From Escherichia phage Psq-1: a stretch of DNA of 44,183 nucleotides. Where the stretch lies: the sequence record PQ595991.1. The stretch is one strand, 5' to 3'. The notes beneath the pieces are model-generated. The model was given only the letters and a program-made list of their open reading frames with translations. It searched no databases and was not told where the DNA came from. Below, piece by piece: positions 27,754 to 36,339 of the stretch (positions are counted from its first letter, which is position 1; each line of letters begins with the position of its first letter). The translations under genes were made by a program, and so were the position numbers.

Positions 27754-28327
27754 AATTTGAGTTTTCCCAGTCCATTTTGCGCCGCACAAGCGGGCTTTCG
27801 TAGTATTCCTTACCTTCCACTTCCACTAAATGCCAGTCATTCACAATCACGTATGGCTCTGCTATATCCTCAATCACGCCGTGCGCGCTATGCTGCCCGA
27901 ACGACACGCCAACCAGAATAACTCCGGCAACCCGACGGGAAAGATACTCGCGGGCACAACGGGCCTCAACCAGACCGCGACGGATGCCGCTGGTGGCTTT
28001 GACCTCATATGTCCAGACGGCATCAATCATGTGCTCTTTGTAGTCGGGACCGGATTTTACCTTGCGCTTGCCGACCATGATAATATCGCCGCGGTCAATG
28101 GTATTGGCGCTAAACAGGCCGGTACGCATGAGCAAGCCTTGAGGGATACAACTGCGCCCGCCTGCTTGCCCTTCCAGGTACATGCCCGCAAACATCTCGC
28201 CCAGCACACCGACCAGTCGGCTTTGCTTGCACGCGTCAGACTTTAAGCGCCATTGGTCAAACTCGATGCTTGCTATCATTGCCGCCAGGTGGAATTGTTT
28301 ACCAGATATTTCATATTCGCCGTACAT
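27752..28327 (-). CDS. hypothetical protein with PD-(D/E)XK-like signature (191 aa)
   Basis: RGDIIMVGKRK...GPDYKEHMIDAVWTYEVK resembles the D...(D/E)xK core seen in the VRR-NUC protein of this genome (PDLIIIINGKIVFVEVK). Weak. Confidence 0.35.
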   Translation of the reverse strand: MYGEYEISGKQFHLAAMIASIEFDQWRLKSDACKQSRLVGVLGEMFAGMYLEGQAGGRSCIPQGLLMRTGLFSANTIDRGDIIMVGKRKVKSGPDYKEHMIDAVWTYEVKATSGIRRGLVEARCAREYLSRRVAGVILVGVSFGQHSAHGVIEDIAEPYVIVNDWHLVEVEGKEYYESPLVRRKMDWENSN

Positions 28328-28369
28328 CGTGCGGTCCTCATTGATGCGGGCCGAAGCCCGCGATTAGAA

Positions 28370-28891
28370 TTATTTCAGTGCGCCAGTCACCAGTGTTTTT
28401 TCCATGTTGCGGAAGTCTTCCGGCGTCATGAGGATTTTGGACCCATCCTCGCCGGTGAGCACGACCATAGGCTGGACGTATTGCTCTGCGATGCCGAAAT
28501 TAGCGGCTTTAACCGTCTTGCCTGCCGATGACGAAGGATGCCACGCCCCCGCGGTGGCGATGGGCCAACCTTTAAGGCTGTCGTATTGCGCTGCCGTTGT
28601 ATCAACCTGAATCTCGTCGTGTACGGTCATGTACGACTCGCCCAGCAAAGCCGCATACGCTACCAGGTCGACGATATTGTCCTCCTGGTGCTTACGGTGC
28701 TGGCGTACCAGCTTCAGGCAGATCAAGAAGGTCCAGGCTTCTTGCTCGGTCAGGTCTCGACCGGTAAGCGCGTTAAACACGGCAGCAATTTGTTTTGCGC
28801 TGCGTTCCTCTTTCGCGTTGTCATAGCCGTTTTCTTTTCCTCGCTGTTCCATAGTGGTGGCGGCGTTTTTGCAGTATTCGTATGCTTTCAT
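28370..28891 (-). CDS. hypothetical protein (173 aa)
   Basis: Track ORF with RBS AAAAAGGA and a sigma70-like promoter upstream; no motif assigned. Confidence 0.45.
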   Translation of the reverse strand: MKAYEYCKNAATTMEQRGKENGYDNAKEERSAKQIAAVFNALTGRDLTEQEAWTFLICLKLVRQHRKHQEDNIVDLVAYAALLGESYMTVHDEIQVDTTAAQYDSLKGWPIATAGAWHPSSSAGKTVKAANFGIAEQYVQPMVVLTGEDGSKILMTPEDFRNMEKTLVTGALK

Positions 28892-28932
28892 TATGTGGTC
28901 CTTTTTAGGGGCAATATTGCCCCGACGCGTTA

Positions 28933-28961
28933 ACTATAGTGCAACCAACTATTGGTTGCAA
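28933..28961 (-). promoter_or_regulatory. sigma70-like promoter overlapping an inverted ATTGGTTGCA pair
   Basis: Minus strand reads TTGCAA (-35), 17-bp spacer, TATAGT (-10). The inverted repeat TGCAACCAA-CTA-TTGGTTGCA (28940-28960) overlaps it. Confidence 0.4.
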
Positions 28962-29419
28962 GTAAATTTTGCAACATTTATTGCGTAAATTTTCGGAACC
29001 AGATCGCTGCACGCCCGACGAATTGCCGCGATGTTCTTCTCGCAATCTTCAATGATGACCAGTTCCGACACGTCTGCGTAGCAGACCATTTTGAACACGG
29101 CGCACGCCTTAAACTCTGGCGGCGGGGTATCGTCCAGCATGTGGCGCATAAACAACCGGCCTGTCGGGAATACTTCCAGTTGCTCGGCGGTAGTCTCCCA
29201 ACATTCGCGCTGCCGGTTGGTCAGATAAGCGATCTCGAAGCCTTGCTCTTTATACATGCGCAACAGCGGCAGCATATCCATGTTCAGATCTTCGCGGACG
29301 TGCGCTTTGTGCCACTTCGCCCAAAAGGTGGATTTTGTTTTTATGCCCGGAACAAGGTCGGCGCGTGCATCACTCGAACCATTAATAACGCCATCAAGAT
29401 CACAAATCAGTAGTTTCAT
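28949..29419 (-). CDS. HAD-superfamily phosphatase (156 aa)
   Basis: HAD motif I CDLDGV near the N-terminus, motif II-like LTNR, motif IV-like IIED. Confidence 0.6.
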   Translation of the reverse strand: MKLLICDLDGVINGSSDARADLVPGIKTKSTFWAKWHKAHVREDLNMDMLPLLRMYKEQGFEIAYLTNRQRECWETTAEQLEVFPTGRLFMRHMLDDTPPPEFKACAVFKMVCYADVSELVIIEDCEKNIAAIRRACSDLVPKIYAINVAKFTCNQ

Positions 29420-29640
29420 TTTAAGCTCTCAATAAGGGTGTGTCGGGCGCTGCGCGCGGTGAAGGAGTTGCATACGAAATGGCAACGCTGAGTCATGACA
29501 AGCCAACCGGTGAGGTCAAGGCCCAGGATGTATTCGGGGCGAGACGCGCGCACCACACGATCGCGGCGTGGGTCAATACCGTAGTCTTTTTGCATTTGGT
29601 ATACTACCGCGGGGTCGCGGTCAACGATTAAGATATTCAA
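29416..29640 (-). CDS. hypothetical protein (74 aa)
   Basis: Track ORF with overlapping stop/start coupling to its neighbours. Confidence 0.35.
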   Translation of the reverse strand: MNILIVDRDPAVVYQMQKDYGIDPRRDRVVRASRPEYILGLDLTGWLVMTQRCHFVCNSFTARSARHTLIESLK

Positions 29641-30106
29641 GGAGTTCTCCTTCGCTCATTATTTCAATTTGTGCGCTGCCGATGGGTGGCGCTTCGTCAA
29701 ATATTATCAATTGCTGGCACTTGTTATTGCTCGGCCCGACTTCGCCGGTGACGGCGTGAATGAATCTAATCCGCCAGTCCAGAAGAATTATCATATTGGC
29801 AGTCTTCCGGGCCAACTTCGCCCACTTCGTCGACGTGTCTTGATTCAGCAGCATGACAGTCCGGCGACCGTGCGCTGCGCATTCCACCCACGGCAGCGGG
29901 TCGGAATACGGCGGATTGCACCACTTCCACCCTTTCAACTCTGCCCAGTCCACATCAAGCGCGCTGTGTTCCGCCGTGAAGTAACGCGGGAGCAGGTGGT
30001 TTGCATCGCTTGCCGCCATATCGTAACGGAATCGGTACTTCCGACGAAGCGGTTTAAATAGAGCTGGCGGCGTGCGCCAGCTATCCTTTTGCTCATTCTT
30101 CGTCAT
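29621..30106 (-). CDS. phage Dam-like DNA N6-adenine methyltransferase (161 aa)
   Basis: Motif WCNPPYSD (NPPY catalytic motif) and overall size typical of small phage Dam-family methylases. Confidence 0.7.
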   Translation of the reverse strand: MTKNEQKDSWRTPPALFKPLRRKYRFRYDMAASDANHLLPRYFTAEHSALDVDWAELKGWKWCNPPYSDPLPWVECAAHGRRTVMLLNQDTSTKWAKLARKTANMIILLDWRIRFIHAVTGEVGPSNNKCQQLIIFDEAPPIGSAQIEIMSEGELLEYLNR

Positions 30107-30545
30107 GGTCGGGGGCTATCGCGTAAAGGGCAATTTTCTTATCACTGTTTAACATGCGTAGTATGCGCTTTGACACCCCGGCGCTAAGCGCATACCGGTG
30201 TAATTCTTCGCGGCCCAGCCACCCTACCGGAACCAGATCTTTCCGGTCGATCTTAGACTGGCGACCTTTGGGGCGCACGTACTCCTCAGCCCGTTTGCAA
30301 TGCTCACGCAGCGCGTCGGCAGTGATGCGGTTTAGTGCAACGCTGGTGGTGTATCCGGTGCGCTGCATAATCCCCATCAATTCGAATAGCAGTTCGAAGC
30401 GCTCCTCTAACTCCTGGCGCACTTTCTTCTCCCCCTCATATAGCGACTGGTTGGCGTCCGCCAACGCGTTCGCACGTTTGGCCTGTTCACGGGCTTCGAG
30501 GCATTGCGCGGCCCAGTAATCTTTTTCTTCTTGTAAAATTTTCAT
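30093..30545 (-). CDS. hypothetical coiled-coil protein (150 aa)
   Basis: ATG 30545 with GGAGA upstream; charged helical composition. Confidence 0.45.
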   Translation of the reverse strand: MKILQEEKDYWAAQCLEAREQAKRANALADANQSLYEGEKKVRQELEERFELLFELMGIMQRTGYTTSVALNRITADALREHCKRAEEYVRPKGRQSKIDRKDLVPVGWLGREELHRYALSAGVSKRILRMLNSDKKIALYAIAPDHDEE

Positions 30546-30562
30546 CGTGTTGTCTCCAGATA

Positions 30563-30590
30563 TTAAAAAGGGCGTCCAACCGGACACCCT
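30563..30590 (-). terminator. rho-independent terminator or attenuator on the minus strand
   Basis: Minus strand reads AGGGTGTCC-GGTT-GGACGCCCT (one G-U pair) then TTTTTAAT; sits between two boxes and the next RBS. Confidence 0.45.
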
Positions 30591-30625
30591 CAATATAATG
30601 CAACCAATCTAGTTACGCAACCAAT

Positions 30626-30949
30626 TTATGCGTAGAAGTTCGGGTCGCGTGCAACGTCTACCAAATAAAGATTGCTCATGCGGTTGCCGTAGTGCCCTGG
30701 TGTGCGCTGGCGGCACACAACGGCGAAGCCGGGAGGGATTATATTGCCCGTCTCAATAATCCACGCTACGCGCGCGCCAGATAGCGTCTTGCCGTTGTAT
30801 TCGATGCGTGTTCCGCCATCGGCAGTGTTAAGGTTGCCAATCTTGCAGCCTGTGGACTTCAGGCGAATGACGCCGGTCTTGCTGTCGTAGGAAAAAAGCT
30901 GATTGGTCATTGCCACTGAAAAGTCGATGGCGTCGAATGCAGTATTCAT
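30626..30949 (-). CDS. HNH_3-like (homing-endonuclease-like) domain protein, possibly degenerate (107 aa)
   Basis: ARVAWIIETGNIIPPGFAVVCRQRTPGHYGNRMSNLYLV resembles the HRLVW...G.IP.G..VDH.NG..DNR..NL pattern, but the usual catalytic His is replaced (VVCRQ). Confidence 0.35.
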   Translation of the reverse strand: MNTAFDAIDFSVAMTNQLFSYDSKTGVIRLKSTGCKIGNLNTADGGTRIEYNGKTLSGARVAWIIETGNIIPPGFAVVCRQRTPGHYGNRMSNLYLVDVARDPNFYA

Positions 30950-31641
30950 TTTAAATTTTCCTCGTTAACCGCTATCGCGAAGCCGCGCGGGGTGAGCGAC
31001 CTGATTAATTTGGTGCGGGCAGATTTGCCTCCGAGGCGACTATACTGCTTCGAGTACCCTTTTTCAACGAAAACAGGTTTCTTCTCTGGCATACGGAAGC
31101 CGTTGCCGGTCCATAAGCAGGTCATCTTCGGATATGAATCGCGGGCGTTGATGTATTCCGGGAAGAGCGGGTGTACGTCATCCTCCGGCAGATATCCGCC
31201 ATACTCCCACGGGTCAAACGAGTGGTCCGGCTTACGCCATTGAGTTGATAGCACGCTGCGCGGATTCTCAATCATATACGGCACTTCAAAGAAATCACCC
31301 AGGTAAGCGGCGATCTTCGCGGTGCGCACCGCCTTAAGCTGGAAGGCAGGGTCGCGGGCGCGTTTGCGCGGGAAAGCTGGCGCACCGCTAACCGCCAGGT
31401 CCGTACACGGCGGGAATGCATAAATGATATCCGGCGTACCGAAATCGCCATTCATCGCGCGGTCTACAAAGTCCAGATCGATAAACTCATTACGATAGCG
31501 GATACCGCGCCCATAAATCCGGTAGTCCAGGTACGACCCGTGATCGGCTTCGGAGTAGTTGAAGCAATAACATTTATGCCCCATCTCGGCAGCACGCTCA
31601 ATCATCAAGCCGCTGCCGTCAAACAATGACCAAATTATCAT
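30946..31641 (-). CDS. compact C5-cytosine DNA methyltransferase-like protein (231 aa)
   Basis: Motif I-like SLFDGSG, PC motif AFPPC, ENV-like IENP, possible motif X GFAIAVNE; far shorter than canonical C5 methylases. Confidence 0.45.
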   Translation of the reverse strand: MIIWSLFDGSGLMIERAAEMGHKCYCFNYSEADHGSYLDYRIYGRGIRYRNEFIDLDFVDRAMNGDFGTPDIIYAFPPCTDLAVSGAPAFPRKRARDPAFQLKAVRTAKIAAYLGDFFEVPYMIENPRSVLSTQWRKPDHSFDPWEYGGYLPEDDVHPLFPEYINARDSYPKMTCLWTGNGFRMPEKKPVFVEKGYSKQYSRLGGKSARTKLIRSLTPRGFAIAVNEENLK

Positions 31642-33062
31642 TTGCGCGCCTTTTTAGCTTTCATGTATTCCATCAGGTCATCCTGTATATCTCGCTTACT
31701 GTCGCGACGCTCTGCGACTAGCTCATCCAGTGTGCCGCGCGCCTGGATAATGTAGACGAATACCGGTCGAGGGTGTCCGGCCTGCATCTGGCGAACCGGC
31801 CCGATACGCTCCACAATCTGCGAAAAATGCTCATAGTTCCAGGTGTCGGAGAAGATGGCAAGGTGGTGTCCGCCGTCCTGCAAGTTAAGGCCGTGGCCTG
31901 CCGATGCCGGGTGTGCAAACATGATGGGGATCTCGCCCCTGTTCCACGCTTCCATATCCTTATTGCCCTGCTTACCCTTACCCAACGAGACGCCGTGGGG
32001 AAATTTCTTCTTAAGACGTGCCAGGTCATGCTTATACTGATACGCAACGAGCAACGGCGCGCCGTTCAACTCCTCCACGATACTTTCCAGCGCGTCCAGT
32101 TTGGCGTCGTGAATCTTCACCCACTCGTCGGTCCGTTCGCCGTCTTCGTCCACCTTATACACAGCGCCGGAAGCAAGCTGAAGGCACTTAATTGTCTTCG
32201 ATGCCGCGTTCGCCGCTTCCACAGTCCCGCTTTCCAGTTCGGCAAATAGCTCGCTTTCAAACTGGTCGTAAATCTTGCGGGCTTTCTTCGGCAGGTCCAC
32301 AACAACCGGCGTATAGATTGGCTTGTCGCACCCGAAGTATTCAGCCGCGTCAACGGTGAGGGATACGTCAGACAGGCGTTGTTGGATCTCCTTCTCGGAG
32401 TTCTTTAGCGGGGCGTGCTGCATAGTGAAGCTGCCAGGCTTAACAGGCTTGCTAATAAACCAGCGGTCTGTGAATGCCTTATAACTACTGCCGAGGCGTT
32501 CGCCACCGTCGACAAACCACGTCTGACCCCATAGGTCTTTCAGTCCGTTTGGTGCGGGTGTGCCGGTAAGGTTAATCCAGCGCTTGACGCGCTTATGTGC
32601 GATCGCCGCCAGGGCGCGGGCGCGCTTACTTCCCTGCTTGCTTCTATATCCTTTCAGCTTAGTGGATTCATCGGCAACAACTACCGTAAAGGGCCACTCG
32701 TCGCCGCAATACTCGACAAGCCACTCAACCACATCATAGTTAACACAAACCACGTTAGCGTCGCTCTCAAGCGCAGCGATGCGGTCCTTCTCCGACCCGG
32801 TGCCGTCTACTACCAGCAGGGCGGGGAAGCGCCATTTTTCTTGTTCCGGGGGCCATGTGCCCGATGCAACGCGCAGCGGGGCAAGCACCAGTACGCGGTC
32901 CTCCTGGTTGGACAGGATGCCGGTCTGGAACATTTTATTCAGCGCCCACATGGTCGCGCCGGTTTTACCCGACCCCATTGTCGCCCATATATTGCATCGC
33001 TTATGCTTGAGGATGAACGCGGTTATCAACTTCTGATATTCGCGACGTCGGAAACGTGCCAT
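31638..33062 (-). CDS. SNF2-family DEAD-like helicase
   Basis: ATG 33062; Walker A ATMGSGKT, DExx box VVVADEST, motif III LTGTPAPN. Confidence 0.8.
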   Translation of the reverse strand: MARFRRREYQKLITAFILKHKRCNIWATMGSGKTGATMWALNKMFQTGILSNQEDRVLVLAPLRVASGTWPPEQEKWRFPALLVVDGTGSEKDRIAALESDANVVCVNYDVVEWLVEYCGDEWPFTVVVADESTKLKGYRSKQGSKRARALAAIAHKRVKRWINLTGTPAPNGLKDLWGQTWFVDGGERLGSSYKAFTDRWFISKPVKPGSFTMQHAPLKNSEKEIQQRLSDVSLTVDAAEYFGCDKPIYTPVVVDLPKKARKIYDQFESELFAELESGTVEAANAASKTIKCLQLASGAVYKVDEDGERTDEWVKIHDAKLDALESIVEELNGAPLLVAYQYKHDLARLKKKFPHGVSLGKGKQGNKDMEAWNRGEIPIMFAHPASAGHGLNLQDGGHHLAIFSDTWNYEHFSQIVERIGPVRQMQAGHPRPVFVYIIQARGTLDELVAERRDSKRDIQDDLMEYMKAKKARK

Positions 33063-33066
33063 ATCT

Positions 33067-33291
33067 TTATTCCGCCTTTTTCCAGACTTCGGTTTCACTG
33101 TTCCAGTTCCTTTTTGTGGCGTCGTAGTTGGTGCGGTGCCCGATGTGCACACCCGTCGCCCGGAAGCTCTTAAATTTTTGCCAGCACACCGTCAACGGCA
33201 GCGGGTACTTCATGCCCGCGATAAACCATACGCGATCGCCTGGTTTGCATTCGCCCAGTGTGGTGAGTCGGTAGCGTTCTTTCATCGTCAT
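33067..33291 (-). CDS. hypothetical protein (74 aa)
   Basis: ATG 33291 with GGGAGA upstream; directly downstream of a minus-strand terminator. Confidence 0.35.
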   Translation of the reverse strand: MTMKERYRLTTLGECKPGDRVWFIAGMKYPLPLTVCWQKFKSFRATGVHIGHRTNYDATKRNWNSETEVWKKAE

Positions 33292-33298
33292 GTCTCCC

Positions 33299-33322
33299 AA
33301 AAAATGGCGGGACAAGCCCGCC
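33299..33322 (-). terminator. rho-independent terminator or attenuator on the minus strand
   Basis: Minus strand reads GGCGGG-CTTGT-CCCGCC then ATTTTTTGG; the stem contains a GCGGGACA box. Confidence 0.4.
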
Positions 33323-33329
33323 GTATTAA

Positions 33330-33503
33330 TTATTTTTGTTCTGCGCGGTAGCGGCGCTGCCGTTCGCGCTCTTTTTTATTGCGGCACGATTTGCACTCTG
33401 CCCGATACCCGTCCGGGCTTCGCGCAGTCTTACCGGTGTATTTGTGGAACTGGGATAGCGGTTTAACGCAGCCGCAATTACTGCAGCGTTTTTCTTCAAT
33501 CAT
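33330..33503 (-). CDS. small zinc-ribbon protein (57 aa)
   Basis: ATG 33503 with GAGGA upstream; CSNCGC ... CKSC four-Cys arrangement, basic C-terminus. Confidence 0.4.
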   Translation of the reverse strand: MIEEKRCSNCGCVKPLSQFHKYTGKTARSPDGYRAECKSCRNKKERERQRRYRAEQK

Positions 33504-33534
33504 TTCTAAAATCCTCGTTAGTGCTAACCTGCTC

Positions 33535-33563
33535 ACTATACTGTTAAGCGACCAATTCAGCAA
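33535..33563 (-). promoter_or_regulatory. candidate sigma70 promoter overlapping an ATTGGTTGC box
   Basis: Minus strand reads TTGCTG (-35, inside TTATTGGTTGCTG), 17-bp spacer, TATAGT (-10). Confidence 0.35.
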
Positions 33564-33822
33564 CCAATAAATCACAGTCGGCTATGTTGTCTATAACGCG
33601 AACGTCCGCACCGCGGCGGGCCATTCGCTCATGTTCTCGTACCTGGTGCGGCTTTGGTTTACCGCCTGGGCGCTTCACTTCGACGAAAACTATCTTGCCG
33701 TTGATGATGATTATCAGGTCGGGCGCTCCTGCGCGCCCCTCCCATGCCACTTTACGGCAGAATCCGCCGACGGCTTTCACCCTCTTCATAAGGTAACTTT
33801 GGATCTTGCCTTCTGGTGTCAT
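33544..33822 (-). CDS. VRR-NUC domain nuclease (92 aa)
   Basis: APDLIIIINGKIVFVEVKRPGGKPKPHQ matches the PD-(D/E)XK core of VRR-NUC proteins. Confidence 0.7.
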   Translation of the reverse strand: MTPEGKIQSYLMKRVKAVGGFCRKVAWEGRAGAPDLIIIINGKIVFVEVKRPGGKPKPHQVREHERMARRGADVRVIDNIADCDLLVAELVA

Positions 33823-36113
33823 TATTTTCTGTACCTGTACATAATGTCGCCTTCCGCGGCAAGCGGGAAGCCTTTCGCCCAAACAGGGAGGTCGCACATC
33901 AGCGCGCACAACTCCTCGGTTGTGTAGTCGTCAGTATCCGGCACTTCGGTTATCAGTTCATCGTGTACGGACAGTACGATCTCATATCCCGCAGATTCAA
34001 CGCCCGGCATGGACCATGCGAGGATATCGCGGCACAGAGCCTGCACGATGTTTTCCGTCAGTTTGCCGCCGTAGGTGTACTGGAATCCCCACTGGCGCGT
34101 CGTCTGATTCTCACCCTGATATTTAATGCGGGTGCTGGTGCGCTTCTTGCCGGTGTCTTCGTCGATCTCGGTCGTGACAGACAGCGCGATGCCCGGATAA
34201 CTCATGATGCGCCCCGACGGCAACTCGATTTTCAACCACCACCCCGCGGCGTTCGGGTCGTCGCGCTCCTCGTCGAAGGTGGGGTCGTGCTTCGCCTTCG
34301 TGCGGACTATCTTGAGCGCTTTCTTGCCATCAGGGCGAACGTTCGCGCCAGCCCAGTACGCTTTGCCCGGATTGCGGATCGCGCAGAGCACCGCGTCTTC
34401 CAGTTCAGCCCAAAATGCTACCGTCTTCGGGTGCGACTCGCGCCACATACGTTTGATCGCATCACACGTCAACCATACGTTTTTCGGCAGTATATAAGTT
34501 GGGCGCTCGTCCTTCTTGCCAGGCTTCGGCGGGCGCTTCGCTTCGTTAATGCGGGCATATTCATAACCACGTTTCGCCGCAGCCCAAATATGATCGGGGA
34601 ATGTACCCTTCATGACGTCCGCCATCGCATACAGGTCTAGACCCAGGTTTTTAGCGAACTGCAAGAACGCCGCAACGCCGCCGCCATAGCCTAGTCCCAA
34701 TTCGCACGCCTTACCGATCTGGCGTAAGTCTTTGCGGTTGGCTTTAATGTATTCCGGGTCGAGGCCAAACATCTTACCGGCAGTTTCACAATAAATATCG
34801 CGACCGGCCTTAAACACCATTAGCGCGGTTTTCTCGCCAGCGACCCAGGCAAGCCCGCGTCCTTCCACGTTGGAATAGTCCGCTACGACAAACTTCTTGC
34901 CCTTCGCCGGAATAATGCACCCGCGAACGGTCGAGGCCGTTAGCTTCGATATGTCATACGCCCAGTGCGCTGTCCCGCGTAACAGGGAATTGATGCCGTT
35001 GGTAAGCATGTGCGACCGGACCCAAAAAGAAACGTCGCTCTCGCCTTCACGGCGTTTAATCTTCCCTTCGTGGTCGTCGCTATACTCGCCGCGTGCCAGG
35101 TTTTGAGGTTGAAAGCCTTTACCGGCCCAGCGTAGCGTGCGCTTTGCCCCACCATACTGAAGACAACCACGGCGGCGACCATCGGCGGACAGGCCATTGA
35201 CAAGCGGATTGTATTTAGTAGATGCCGTTGATGACGCACCGAGGCGCATTTCGATAAGCGCTTTGCCTTCGTCGGGGAAATCCGGGTCTTCCAGCAGGTC
35301 GTTAAGCGTGGATTTCTGCGCGTTGTGGATTGTGAACGCAGGCGCGAGGTCGCGCAGCGCTGGCAGGAAGTCATTGCCGGTCAGCTTACCACCGAAGCGC
35401 TCCCAGGCTTCTTCCTTCAACTCTTCCTTATGCGCCTGCACCGCTTTGATCGCAGCGCGCGCCAGGTCAACGTCCACGTAGAAGCCGCGGTCGTTAATCA
35501 ATTGGTCGATAAGCAGGATTTCGTCTTCCTTCGGCGTATTACCCCAGTCCGGTATGCGCCAATAGACTTCCCTCATCGCGATGATGTCCAGCGCGGCATA
35601 GCGCAGGAATTTAGCCCACTCCTCGGGGTGCGTCTTGCGCGTGTAGCGGCGGATTTTGTAGGTCTTAGGGGTAGGCTTACAGAATCGTTTAATCAGCGCC
35701 TTGCCTGCCTTATCCTTCGCGTGTTCTGCGTCAACACCCAACACCTGGCATTGCATATCGAGGCTACCCGGCAGCGCGTGTCGAAAGGCCATAATCATGG
35801 TATCTTCGATCTGGCACACTGGCAGATCTATACCCCACTTTTCGCGAATAACCAGGCGGTCAAACAGGAGGCCGTTAGCCATCACTATTTTTGCTTTCTT
35901 GCGGGATACACGGCGGAGCGCCTTGCGCAGTTCGCGCGGCATCGTAGGGGATTCGGTGCAATCCCAGGTCTGTACGCGGCCCTCGTCGATGGCGTAGGTG
36001 CAGATCATAATCTCGGTTGTCGGGTGCTCTGCGTAGGCGTATGCGCCAACTTTCTTCAGGTCTACCCCGCTAAATGTCTCGGTATCGAGAAACAGGCGTT
36101 TGAAGTCTTTCAT
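33822..36113 (-). CDS. DNA polymerase I-type (family A) with 3'-5' exonuclease domain
   Basis: ATG 36113 with GAGGA upstream; exo motif FLDTETFS near the N-terminus; 763 aa with a family A polymerase-like C-terminal half. Confidence 0.8.
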   Translation of the reverse strand: MKDFKRLFLDTETFSGVDLKKVGAYAYAEHPTTEIMICTYAIDEGRVQTWDCTESPTMPRELRKALRRVSRKKAKIVMANGLLFDRLVIREKWGIDLPVCQIEDTMIMAFRHALPGSLDMQCQVLGVDAEHAKDKAGKALIKRFCKPTPKTYKIRRYTRKTHPEEWAKFLRYAALDIIAMREVYWRIPDWGNTPKEDEILLIDQLINDRGFYVDVDLARAAIKAVQAHKEELKEEAWERFGGKLTGNDFLPALRDLAPAFTIHNAQKSTLNDLLEDPDFPDEGKALIEMRLGASSTASTKYNPLVNGLSADGRRRGCLQYGGAKRTLRWAGKGFQPQNLARGEYSDDHEGKIKRREGESDVSFWVRSHMLTNGINSLLRGTAHWAYDISKLTASTVRGCIIPAKGKKFVVADYSNVEGRGLAWVAGEKTALMVFKAGRDIYCETAGKMFGLDPEYIKANRKDLRQIGKACELGLGYGGGVAAFLQFAKNLGLDLYAMADVMKGTFPDHIWAAAKRGYEYARINEAKRPPKPGKKDERPTYILPKNVWLTCDAIKRMWRESHPKTVAFWAELEDAVLCAIRNPGKAYWAGANVRPDGKKALKIVRTKAKHDPTFDEERDDPNAAGWWLKIELPSGRIMSYPGIALSVTTEIDEDTGKKRTSTRIKYQGENQTTRQWGFQYTYGGKLTENIVQALCRDILAWSMPGVESAGYEIVLSVHDELITEVPDTDDYTTEELCALMCDLPVWAKGFPLAAEGDIMYRYRK

Positions 36114-36339
36114 TGCTGGATCCTCACTACGGCGTCGGCGCTGCCGATCATGGAGAAGATACCGTCGGAAAGGGTTATCTCCTCGCCGTTGTTGCGAATC
36201 TCGGCAACGGTGAAATATTCCCCCAGTAACTTGGACCATACTCGCATTCCGACTTTTACTTCGCTGGCTTTAATGCGCATTTTTCATTGTCCTATTAAAA
36301 AAGCCCGCATTAAGCGGGCTTGAATAGTGGGCTTTGCCC

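Noticed and set aside
30594-30599. Perfect TATAAT on the plus strand at 30594-30599
   Set aside because: No acceptable -35 at 16-18 bp and no plus-strand gene downstream; more likely part of the A/T flank of the box or of the minus-strand promoter.
33822-36323. Long plus-strand ORFs (e.g. 35325..36323, 33816..34640) within the polymerase region
   Set aside because: They are antisense to the family A polymerase ORF, which carries recognisable motifs; considered shadow frames.
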